From a bacterium (GTDB lineage Bacteria; Electryoneota; Electryoneia; Electryoneales; Electryoneaceae), in assembly GCA_963675295.2 (NCBI GenBank), contig CAXXKJ010000002.1, positions 2,752,001 to 2,816,000 of the forward strand: a DNA stretch of 64,000 nucleotides, written 5' to 3'. A program made the translations under genes and the position numbers. The notes beneath the pieces are model-generated. The model was not told the origin of the DNA and ran no database searches. It saw only the letters and a program-made list of their open reading frames with translations. Numbering within the stretch: position 1 is the stretch's first letter; each line of letters opens with the position of its first letter. Below are positions 41,069 to 50,143 of this stretch, in pieces.

Positions 41069-41084
41069 CGGCATTCGATTTGCC
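41069..41084 (+). promoter_or_regulatory. Candidate sigma-54 promoter of the beta-helix gene
   Basis: CGGCATTCGATTTGCC (GG-N10-GC). Confidence 0.65.
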
Positions 41085-41148
41085 CATAACAACGGGAAAG
41101 GAGAAAAGGCATTCAGCAGCATGAAGTTTGGAACAGGGGGACAGGATC

Positions 41149-43608
41149 ATGTGTAAGCGTTGGACTGGAGTAGCTCTTGGCATTTTTTTGCTGGTTTCGG
41201 CAGGTATCGCTCAAACTGAAATCAGTGGTCCGCAAAGCGGAACCATCACAGCTGGCACGTACATCGTAGTCGGCAGCCTTTCAATCGTAAACGGTGAGTC
41301 ATTGACCATCGAACCGGGAACAACGTTTCTGTTCGATGGCGAACACGACTTTTTTGTTGGTTCAAACCGCACGTTGACCTGTGTCGGCACCGAAACGGAC
41401 AGCATCAAGTTTCTGCCGAATGTCGACAACGGCGTCACTGAGTGGGGGCACTTTTCGTTTATCAACTCGGGCAACGACGATCAGTTCGCGTATTGCTTGT
41501 TCTCTGGCGGGTGTTCTGAAAATTTTGGCGGTGCAATCGACTGCGCGAATTCAAGTCCATCGCTATCAAACTGTGTGATCCGGGATTGCATGGCAGACGA
41601 TTTTGGAGGTGGAATTGCATGCAGAGATGCTTCCGACCCGGTAATTGATCAATGCACGATTACTGGTAATTCGGCTTATGTTGGAGGTGGTGTTTACTGT
41701 TCTGAATCACAATCAACATTAACACAGTCATTAATCAGAGATAACAGTTCATATTCTGATGGTGGAGGCCTCTATTGCATTGATAATTCTGATTTAGGTG
41801 TATCAGACTGTATCTTCATCACAAATATCGCTGGTAGTAACGGTGGTGGAGTTTACTGCAATAATTCAATACCAAATCTTACGGCCTGCTCGTTTGATAG
41901 CAATCATGCTTTTTATGGAGGAGGTCTGTACTTTTATAACTATAGTAATGCGATAATCGAAAACTCATCAATAACAAACAATGTAGCTACTTCTCAAGGA
42001 GGTGGTATAATGTGTCATTTATATTCAGACTCTTTTATTAAATACTGCAATATTTCAAATAATACGGCAACAAGCAGCCATGGAGGTGGGATAAACTGTG
42101 GTCAGTATGCCGATGCTACCATTGAATATTGTACCATTGCCAATAATTTTTCAGGTGCACATGGGGGTGGTATTATCTCGGTAGGGTCTACTATCGATGT
42201 ATCTTGCTGTACTATTACTTCAAATACGTCAAATGCAAATACAGGAGGTATCTTTCTCCAACATCAAACGCCAAGTGTTGCAAATTCAATCGTATCCTTT
42301 AACACTGGTGTAGGTATTTATCTTGATGCTGGATCTCCTGAAGTCATGTTTTGTGATGTCTACAGCAACTCAGGAGGCGAATATGGAGGCAACGCACTTG
42401 ATCCAGATCTTGGTGTCATCGTCGGTGAGAACGCCAACGGGGATCCGTGCGACGCGTTCCACAACATCTCGATGGATCCGTATTACGTCGATGCTGCCAA
42501 CGGGGACTACCACCTGACGTACGGTTCGCCATGCATAGACGCCGGCGATCCGGACAGCCCGCCGGATCCGGACAATACCGTCGCCGACATCGGTGCGTTC
42601 CCATTCAGCCACGGACCCGCGATCCTGGTCACAGCCCCGACCGCCGGAACCGTCTTGATGCGAGGTGACAGCTTCGACATCACGTGGAACGACAACATCA
42701 CCGAAATGGTCTCGATTGAGCTGCACCAGGGGGGGAACCTGGTTGAAGTTCTTACCGACGGCACGGAAAGTGACGGCGTATACGAATGGGATATCACCGA
42801 GGACGGCCCGGTCGGCGATGACTTCACCATCGTCATCACCAGCACCACCGATCCGGGGGTAACCGACAGCAGCGATGAATTCACACTTGACGAACCACCC
42901 CTGCTGATCCTCGAACTGGTCGCGGATGACACCCTGATCGTGCCCCAGGGAGGTTCGTTTGAGTACGGTGTGATTCTGGAAAGCAATCTGGCAACGACGC
43001 ATATCGGGGATCTGTGGACGGAAGTGGATCTTGTGAGTGGGTACACGTACGGACCCATCTGGCTGTTGAGCGATATTTCCGTCGGGCCGAACACATCTCT
43101 GGTCGCTGAAGGCATCGGGCAGGCGATTCCGGCGACAGCAGCACCGGGCTATTACACTTTCCGGATCGAAATCGGTTACTTCCCCAGCTATTTCGTGTTC
43201 TCCGATGAAATCACAATTGAGGTTACCGAGGTACCCGTGGCTGGAATCAGCGGTTCAGAACCGGTCGATGATTGGCATGCGTGGGGGTACCAGGATGCGT
43301 TCAAGTTAAATATTGCTGCTATTGTGGACACCGAGCTCCCGGACGAATACAGCATGTCGCCGGCCTACCCGAATCCATTCAATCCGACCACGACTGTTTC
43401 CGTCAGCTTGCCGGAAACGGCAAGGCTGAAGGTGTCCGTGCTCAACATACTTGGCCGGAAGGTTGCTGAACTCGCTGACGGATCCTTCAGCGCCGGAGAA
43501 CACAATATCGTTTTCGACGCCACGAGACTTGGGAGCGGTTTGTACTTTATCCACGCTACCGTTCCTGGACACCTTGACCAGGTGCAGAAGGTGATGCTGG
43601 TGCGTTGA
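41149..43608 (+). CDS. Secreted right-handed parallel beta-helix repeat protein with Ig-like domains and T9SS-type CTD
   Basis: Signal peptide; repeated N.A..GGGIxC; DYHL..GSPCIDAGDP; YPNPFN..ATVPGHLDQVQKVMLVR. Confidence 0.85.
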   Translation: MCKRWTGVALGIFLLVSAGIAQTEISGPQSGTITAGTYIVVGSLSIVNGESLTIEPGTTFLFDGEHDFFVGSNRTLTCVGTETDSIKFLPNVDNGVTEWGHFSFINSGNDDQFAYCLFSGGCSENFGGAIDCANSSPSLSNCVIRDCMADDFGGGIACRDASDPVIDQCTITGNSAYVGGGVYCSESQSTLTQSLIRDNSSYSDGGGLYCIDNSDLGVSDCIFITNIAGSNGGGVYCNNSIPNLTACSFDSNHAFYGGGLYFYNYSNAIIENSSITNNVATSQGGGIMCHLYSDSFIKYCNISNNTATSSHGGGINCGQYADATIEYCTIANNFSGAHGGGIISVGSTIDVSCCTITSNTSNANTGGIFLQHQTPSVANSIVSFNTGVGIYLDAGSPEVMFCDVYSNSGGEYGGNALDPDLGVIVGENANGDPCDAFHNISMDPYYVDAANGDYHLTYGSPCIDAGDPDSPPDPDNTVADIGAFPFSHGPAILVTAPTAGTVLMRGDSFDITWNDNITEMVSIELHQGGNLVEVLTDGTESDGVYEWDITEDGPVGDDFTIVITSTTDPGVTDSSDEFTLDEPPLLILELVADDTLIVPQGGSFEYGVILESNLATTHIGDLWTEVDLVSGYTYGPIWLLSDISVGPNTSLVAEGIGQAIPATAAPGYYTFRIEIGYFPSYFVFSDEITIEVTEVPVAGISGSEPVDDWHAWGYQDAFKLNIAAIVDTELPDEYSMSPAYPNPFNPTTTVSVSLPETARLKVSVLNILGRKVAELADGSFSAGEHNIVFDATRLGSGLYFIHATVPGHLDQVQKVMLVR

Positions 43609-43961
43609 TGCAGACAGGCTCCACAGATCGATTTTAAAGAGTCACTCTCGGCCACAGGTCAAATACCCCGACCATGTGGCCGTTTGTTGCTCAGTGGCGC
43701 TTTACAGGTGTTTCTATCGCGAAGAATCGCAAGCATCTAGTGGATGGCTGCACAGTGAGCGCAGAGGATACGAGGTTCACTGAATGACCTCGAATCCGGT
43801 AGAGGCTATATTTTATATAGGATTACCCACTCCGTATTTGGTGCAAATGAGGTGCAGTGCGGACAACATACGACCACATTCAGCCACTTATTTCAAGAGC
43901 TAACCTATAGTATAATCAATCGTTAACAGTTGCGACTTGTTGTCGAATATTGGCGTGCTAA

Positions 43962-44011
43962 GACTGTTAATCACTAGGTTGGCGGTTCAAGTCCGTCCTG
44001 GGGAGCAAGAA
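43962..44011 (+). repeat. attR (3' part of tRNA-Asn)
   Basis: Identical to 18741-18790. Confidence 0.95.
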
Positions 44012-44017
44012 GCAGAC

Positions 44018-44050
44018 AAGGGTCAGGCAAACGCCTGGTCCTTTCTTTTT
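44018..44050 (+). terminator. Terminator after attR
   Basis: AAGGGTCAGGC-AAAC-GCCTGGTCCTT followed by T-run. Confidence 0.65.
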
Positions 44051-44485
44051 TCCGTTTCGACCGATCCAGAACCGCTCGACTTTCTTCGTACCGTTTCCAG
44101 CCAAGCTGTCTTGATGACACCCAAGGACACTCCCAAACCACTCCCTCAAGCCCTGAGTGCATGAGAACGAAAGCTGGCCCAAGTTAACGCACAACTGTCC
44201 CACATCGTGAAGAAATGAGGCACGGTATGGGTCTTTTCCCTCATACAAGATATGCCTGGCCTGGACGCATCCGAATTCCTTCTTTCCCGGCACGGACCAC
44301 CTTGGAATCCGACTTAGCCTTTACTTCGATTGGTGAATTCGTTACCTTCTTCACGAAGCCGTGACGGGTTTGTTCAGTGGTCACGGTGCACCGCAATTTT
44401 TGTCCCCTGCGATGCGGTCACAACCCTGTAGATTCAAAGTGTGCAGTCTGGTTTCTATCGTCCACTCTTGATGAAAAGGTCAACG

Positions 44486-46291
44486 ATGAAACACATTCTT
44501 TTCCTCCTCGCATTCGCAGTCTCCGCGTTTTCCCCAACATTCGCTCAAGTTCCAGACACCGTGTGGACAATGATCCATGGTGATTACGGCAAGAACATCG
44601 GCATGGATGTTGAGCAGACTCCGACTGGTGAGTTCGTCATTGCCGGCACGGCTCGTGTCACCCAGGATGACCCGCTCAACGGGGATGTCTGGCTGGTCAA
44701 ACTGGATGCAAACGGCAACGAGATGTGGACCAGCTACTTCGGTGGAGCGGGCGGCGAAGAAGGCCGGGGGATGGCTCCCGCACACGACGGTGGCTGGGTT
44801 GTCTGCGGTATGACGTATTCTTTCGGTGACCCGGACGTCGACGACATGTACTGTGTGAAAGCAGATGCAGATGGAAACCTCGAATGGGTGCGGACCTTTG
44901 GGGGTGACTACTCGGATGCAGGACGTGATGTCATTGCGACGAACGACGGCGGCTACCTGTGGGTTGGCTATACGCGCTCCTTCGGTGCAACACAACAGGA
45001 CATCCTGCTGGTAAAGACGGACGCGGATGGAAACGAGCAATGGCACCAGCTTTACGGCGGCAGTGAAAACGATCAGGGCTGGTCACTCGCGCAACTGGAA
45101 AATGGAAACTATGCGATTGCGGGACGCACGTGGTCGTATGGTGCTGGGGGACGTGATGCCATCCTGATGGAAGTCACGCCGACGGGTGAACAACTCTGGC
45201 AGCAAACGTACGGTGGTCCGGAAAAAGACCACTTCTATGAAATGCGTCCCACTCCCGATGGTGGATTCATCAACACGGGAAAAACAGAATCCTTCGGCCA
45301 GGGTGCGGGTGACGCATGGCTGATTAAAACGGACGCTGTCGGCGACGAAGAATGGCGCAGGTTCTGGGGCACAGAAGAACTTGAGTTCGGGCGAAGTTGT
45401 ACTCCCACAACGGACGGTGGCTATGCATTCTGCGGTGTGACCCATGTGGACGGAAATGTCGGCAATCAGCTCCTGGTGGCAAAAGCCAGCGCTGACGGTG
45501 AATGGGAGTGGTCTTTCACCATCGGCGGCAGCGACATGGAGGATTCATGGTGCATCCGCCAGACACAGGATTACGGGTACGTCGTATCCGGATTCAGCTG
45601 GTCGTATGGTAATGCAGAACGAAGCATGTTTGTCGTCCGCCTTGAATCAGATTATGGGGAAGTCTCAGCGAACCTGTCTGCGCCAACTGAACCGGTAGCC
45701 GTTACGCCTGAATCCACGTTTTCCTACACATGGGCTGTTCACAACAACACTTATGACCAGATCACAGGATATGACCTGTGGCAGGTCCTGGAATATCCTT
45801 CCGGGGTTCACGGACCACCGGAATTCATGTATTCAGACAACCTTGAGCTGGAACCGTTGACGGAAATTGGTCAGGACCTCCTGTACGAAGTTGGCAACTG
45901 GGTCCTGGGCACCTACAGTCTTCATCTGCAAGCTGGTCACTATCCGAACGTGGTTGACTCGGATGAATTGCAATTCATCGTCAGCGAATCCGGCACGGGC
46001 ACGGACCCCGAAGTGCTCATCCCGGAAACCTTTGCGTTGTCCAAGGTCTATCCCAATCCGTTCAACTCAACCCTCACAATTGCCGTCGATGTCGCCCAGC
46101 CCACGCAGCTCACGGTCAAACTCTTCGATGTGTCGGGACGTTTGGTGAAAACGCTGGTACGTGCTCCCGTAGCCCCGGGTCAACACCAATACAGTGCCCG
46201 CATGGATGATGTCGCGTCCGGAATGTATTTCCTGCTGGCTGAAAACTCACTCGGTGAATCAGCCACCGAGAAGGTTGTCCTGCTTCGCTGA
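44486..46291 (+). CDS. Secreted repeat beta-propeller protein with T9SS-type CTD
   Basis: Signal peptide; repeats T.DGGY...G.T.SFG....D..LVK.DA.G..W...FGG; YPNPFN tail. Confidence 0.8.
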   Translation: MKHILFLLAFAVSAFSPTFAQVPDTVWTMIHGDYGKNIGMDVEQTPTGEFVIAGTARVTQDDPLNGDVWLVKLDANGNEMWTSYFGGAGGEEGRGMAPAHDGGWVVCGMTYSFGDPDVDDMYCVKADADGNLEWVRTFGGDYSDAGRDVIATNDGGYLWVGYTRSFGATQQDILLVKTDADGNEQWHQLYGGSENDQGWSLAQLENGNYAIAGRTWSYGAGGRDAILMEVTPTGEQLWQQTYGGPEKDHFYEMRPTPDGGFINTGKTESFGQGAGDAWLIKTDAVGDEEWRRFWGTEELEFGRSCTPTTDGGYAFCGVTHVDGNVGNQLLVAKASADGEWEWSFTIGGSDMEDSWCIRQTQDYGYVVSGFSWSYGNAERSMFVVRLESDYGEVSANLSAPTEPVAVTPESTFSYTWAVHNNTYDQITGYDLWQVLEYPSGVHGPPEFMYSDNLELEPLTEIGQDLLYEVGNWVLGTYSLHLQAGHYPNVVDSDELQFIVSESGTGTDPEVLIPETFALSKVYPNPFNSTLTIAVDVAQPTQLTVKLFDVSGRLVKTLVRAPVAPGQHQYSARMDDVASGMYFLLAENSLGESATEKVVLLR

Positions 46292-46310
46292 TGAACAACT
46301 CGAGTAGACT

Positions 46311-47669
46311 ATGGACCGGCGTCAATTCGTAAAAACATCCTTCAGCACCACCGCCGCGCTGGCCCTGGCGAACCAGGGCTTTTCCCAACCGAATCAGCCA
46401 AATGTGCTCTTCATCGGCGTCGAAGATCTTAACGACTGGATCGGTTGCCTCGGCGGTCATCCAGACACGATTACACCCAATTTCGACCGCCTCGCAAACA
46501 TGGGCATGCTGTTCAGCAACGCCCATTGCAACGCGCCCGCATGTGTTCCCTCACGAACCACGCTACTTACCGGAATTCGTCCATCGACTTCCGGCGTGTA
46601 TGACAACGGCATGCACTGGCAGGACTACATCCCGGACGCGGTGACAATGCCGGTCCACTTCAGGGACCATGGGTACACCACGCGAAAAGCAGGGAAGATC
46701 TTCCATTTTGAGGAACCGACTTTCTGGGATGATATGGCGCCCTTTTCCCCGAAGGTCATACCCCCGGAAAAACGGTATAACGGTCTGCCACTGAAGCCGA
46801 ATGATCGCTTCGACTGGACAGCACTGGATGTTCCGGAAGAAGAGATGCAGGATTACAAGCATGCGGATTATGTCATCTCAACCCTTGAAAACCCACCCGA
46901 TCAGCCGTACTTCCTCGCTTGTGGATTTCACAGGGTACACACTCCCTGGTACTACCCGCGGAAATACATGGAGAAGTTCAATCCGAACGAGGTGACATTA
47001 CCACCCTACCTGGAAAATGACCTCGATGATGTGTCCAATATCGGTATCAGCTTCACCTACCCTGCCCTGTTCAACCAGGTGAAGAATTACAAGCAGTGGC
47101 ATGCGGGAGTGGCTGCTTATCTCGCGGGCATCAATTTCATCGACGCACAGCTGGGCCGCATCCTCGATGCCTTTGACGCTACCGGAGCGGCGGACAACAC
47201 CATCATTGTCCTGTGGAGTGATCACGGCTGGCATTTGGGTGAGAAAAACCACTGGAAGAAGTTCACCTTATGGGAAGAGTCCACGCGTATCCCGATGATG
47301 ATTCATGTTCCCTGGTTGACGACGGAGAACAGCTCCTCCGACCAGCCCATGAGCATGGTTGACCTCTTCCCCACACTCAATGACCTCTGCGGATTGCCGG
47401 ACATTGATCAACTGGAAGGTTCAAGCCTCGTTCCCTGGCTGAGCAATCCCAATTTGCAACGAGCGGAACCGGCGCTGACGACCTACCGCTACATGAACCA
47501 CGCTCTGCGTGACGACCAATGGCGTTTCATACGGTACAACGACGGATCTGAAGAGTTATACGATCACGATACCGACCCGAATGAATGGACCAATCTAGCG
47601 GATATCCCCGCCTATCAGCCAATTAAGGATGCCCTGAGTCAGTGGTTTCCGGAGGTGAATCACCCATGA
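46311..47669 (+). CDS. Tat-exported formylglycine-dependent sulfatase (iduronate/choline-sulfatase-like)
   Basis: DRRQFVK twin-arginine leader; CVPSR (CxPxR), GKIFH, SDHGWHLGEK. Confidence 0.9.
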   Translation: MDRRQFVKTSFSTTAALALANQGFSQPNQPNVLFIGVEDLNDWIGCLGGHPDTITPNFDRLANMGMLFSNAHCNAPACVPSRTTLLTGIRPSTSGVYDNGMHWQDYIPDAVTMPVHFRDHGYTTRKAGKIFHFEEPTFWDDMAPFSPKVIPPEKRYNGLPLKPNDRFDWTALDVPEEEMQDYKHADYVISTLENPPDQPYFLACGFHRVHTPWYYPRKYMEKFNPNEVTLPPYLENDLDDVSNIGISFTYPALFNQVKNYKQWHAGVAAYLAGINFIDAQLGRILDAFDATGAADNTIIVLWSDHGWHLGEKNHWKKFTLWEESTRIPMMIHVPWLTTENSSSDQPMSMVDLFPTLNDLCGLPDIDQLEGSSLVPWLSNPNLQRAEPALTTYRYMNHALRDDQWRFIRYNDGSEELYDHDTDPNEWTNLADIPAYQPIKDALSQWFPEVNHP

Positions 47670-49168
47670 GAAAGCCGGCATTCATTCGTTTGTCAACGTG
47701 GTCAGCAAGCCTGCTCGTGATTCTCCTGCTGGTGGGAGTCGATTACGCGAACGATCACCGTAAGCCGCACACCGATCGTTCCATCACCACCCTGAACAGT
47801 GGTTCGGCTTACGATATCCTGCTCTCTGTCACGACTGTGTCAACCGATGAGTTGCTGCTGACGGGACGGACATCCTCACACGATGCCGAGCTCGTTGACG
47901 GCTACCTCGCCCTGACCGACAGTAACGGTGAGCCGGTATGGGAGGAAACGTTCGGTGGTGAAGCATGGGATGAGCTTCGTGTCGCCGTCGAGGGTACGGA
48001 TGGCGGCTATCTCGCGGCAGGAACATCTGAATCAACGGACAATGAAACCTACGACTTCTGGGTCGTAAAAGTAGACGCTGCTGGATCCCTCGAATGGCAG
48101 ACTATGTACGGATCTGACACGGAAGATGACCAGATTGACGCGGTCCTGCCGGCAGCAGACGGTGGATACTACCTCGCTGGTTTCACCAACGATGATCTGG
48201 ACGACAACAGGTCAAACGTCTTCCTGGTCAAGATTGATCAGAATGGACAACTCGAATGGCAAAACTCATATGGCAGCGAGCGAAATGATTATTGCAACGC
48301 CATTGCCTTCACAGGCGACAACCACCTTCTGCTCGCTGGCAGCACGTTTTCCTACGAGGACGAACACCGCGATATCCACCTCGCGAAGGTTGAACTTGAT
48401 GGAGATCTTGTATCTGAAACGTTGATCCAGATCCCTCATCCGCAGATTTGCAATGCGATGGTGGCAAATGCTGACGGATCGTTTACCCTCTGTGGCGAAA
48501 CCTATCCTGACGATGACACGGAATTCAGTTCCGCGTTTGTCGCAAGGATCGATTCCGATCTGCAACTCGACTGGATGAATACCTACGGCTCGAATGGTAG
48601 TTTCGCGGCGCAGGATATCGTGATCCGGCCGGGCGGCGGGTACTACCTCAGCGGACGTGCGACCCCGAATAACGAAGTTGCATTCGACGGGTGGGTCTTT
48701 ACTGTCACACAGAATGGCAACCTGGATGAATCGTGGGAATTCGGCGGTGGTGCCTACGAAGAATTCTACGGTATCGACCTCGTCAGCGGCGACATTCCGG
48801 TAGCCGTCGGCTATACTTCATACAGCGCGTCACGACTCGCTGATTTCTACATGGTGATTGATCTGGAAGACTCGGTCGAGGTCGGTGAAGAGCGCCTACC
48901 AATGATGCCGATGTTGATGCAGGTCTACCCGAACCCGTTCAATTCGACCGCGATGATCGAGCTTGACCTGCCGGTACGTTCTGAAGTACAGGTCGTGCTC
49001 TACGACATGCTGGGACGCGAGGTAACCGTTGTTGCAGATCAGGTCGCTGGACCGGGCAGTCAGCAGATTTCCATTTCCGCGGAAACCCTCGCCTCCGGAA
49101 CTTACATCGTCTATGCCAGCACCGACACCGGACATTCTGCCGCACGCAAGCTTACACTGGTCAAATGA
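47666..49168 (+). CDS. Secreted repeat beta-propeller protein with T9SS-type CTD
   Basis: Same repeat type as 44486; ATGA overlap with sulfatase; YPNPFN tail. Confidence 0.78.
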   Translation: MRKPAFIRLSTWSASLLVILLLVGVDYANDHRKPHTDRSITTLNSGSAYDILLSVTTVSTDELLLTGRTSSHDAELVDGYLALTDSNGEPVWEETFGGEAWDELRVAVEGTDGGYLAAGTSESTDNETYDFWVVKVDAAGSLEWQTMYGSDTEDDQIDAVLPAADGGYYLAGFTNDDLDDNRSNVFLVKIDQNGQLEWQNSYGSERNDYCNAIAFTGDNHLLLAGSTFSYEDEHRDIHLAKVELDGDLVSETLIQIPHPQICNAMVANADGSFTLCGETYPDDDTEFSSAFVARIDSDLQLDWMNTYGSNGSFAAQDIVIRPGGGYYLSGRATPNNEVAFDGWVFTVTQNGNLDESWEFGGGAYEEFYGIDLVSGDIPVAVGYTSYSASRLADFYMVIDLEDSVEVGEERLPMMPMLMQVYPNPFNSTAMIELDLPVRSEVQVVLYDMLGREVTVVADQVAGPGSQQISISAETLASGTYIVYASTDTGHSAARKLTLVK

Positions 49169-49248
49169 TAGCGTAACCGTTGGCAGGCAGCAAAAACGCT
49201 TGAACGTACGCCTTCAAAGCCTTTGAACAGAAGCTTCGTTGTTGTACT

Positions 49249-50139
49249 TCACCAGATCCATGTGTAGCCAAACAGCACCGCAACCGCGATGTGTACGAAC
49301 ATGATAATGAACATGACCAGTGCGAACGGCCGGTGGATGACATGCCAGTGGTGGAGTGTTTTGCGGGCGACGTTGAGGAAGGCACGGCGGCGGATCAGCA
49401 GCGCACGTTTCCGAGCCAGCGCCACCATGTCGCTGATGTGAGTGGACGCCAGCTCGGTTTCGCTGGCGATTTTGCTTCGCAGAGCACGAACCCGGATGGG
49501 ACGTAGCAAATCCTGTCCGATCCAGCTGAAGACCGCGCCGAACCCCTGTTTCTTTCCTTTGTGTCCGCCGCTCATGGTGCGGGTGATCTCGGCGACGAGC
49601 TCATCGGTCATGCCGGGCAACGCGCGCATTTCGCCTTGCAGCGAGCTGTCTATCGTATCCAGCTCGTGTTCCGATAACTCCTGTCCGGAAAGGGTGCGCG
49701 GGATCTGCAGGTAGATGTACCGTCCGAGCACGCCGCTAAGCGCCACCGCCACCATCGACCAGTAGCTGACCGCGACGATTCCGCCAAACTTGAACGTTGA
49801 GTGAAACGTGATCAGCAACGGGCCGGTGATACCCATCCAGATATGCACATTCAGCCAGTGTGACAGTTTGCCGGCGTTCTGCAGCTGGCGCATGTTCTTC
49901 CGAGGGATGTACAGCAGCAGGAGCATCATCAGCAGGCTGCCGATGATGCCGAGGCCGTGCCCGATGACCCCGCCCGCCTTCCACGCTTCATGCAATTGCA
50001 TGTGCGGACGGTCGAGCCGATCCGCGGTATAGTAATCCCAGCCCTGCACAGCGATCAGCACCACCGCGGCGATGGTCACGCTGAACAGCGCGATCATCAG
50101 CATCCGGTGCGCGAGGGACGGTTTCTGCTCCTGGTTCAT
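49249..50139 (-). CDS. Inner-membrane protein with intramembrane His residues (putative heme b, ferric-reductase-like)
   Basis: About five TM segments; GH, W..VHIWMG, FHS, WHVIHRP, VHI. Confidence 0.7.
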   Translation of the reverse strand: MNQEQKPSLAHRMLMIALFSVTIAAVVLIAVQGWDYYTADRLDRPHMQLHEAWKAGGVIGHGLGIIGSLLMMLLLLYIPRKNMRQLQNAGKLSHWLNVHIWMGITGPLLITFHSTFKFGGIVAVSYWSMVAVALSGVLGRYIYLQIPRTLSGQELSEHELDTIDSSLQGEMRALPGMTDELVAEITRTMSGGHKGKKQGFGAVFSWIGQDLLRPIRVRALRSKIASETELASTHISDMVALARKRALLIRRRAFLNVARKTLHHWHVIHRPFALVMFIIMFVHIAVAVLFGYTWIW

Positions 50140-50143
50140 GCGC

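Larger units (their letters stand above)
18741..44011 (+). mobile_element. ~25 kb tRNA-Asn-integrated element with phage-satellite-like core
   Basis: 50-bp perfect direct repeat at both ends; integrase next to attL; xis-like, primase-helicase and TerS-like genes; no capsid or tail genes recognised. Confidence 0.9.

Noticed and set aside
40572-41124. Overlapping ORFs of 60-155 aa in the divergent intergenic region
   Set aside because: They run through promoter, enhancer and terminator motifs and have non-protein-like composition
25252-43608. Diversity-generating retroelement behind the similar 3' ends
   Set aside because: No reverse transcriptase in the window; differences among tails are not adenine-specific and all copies are coding
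43937-44293. Second tRNA-Asn or short ORFs across attR
   Set aside because: Only the 3' 50-bp duplication is present; the ORFs overlap att and terminator and lack support
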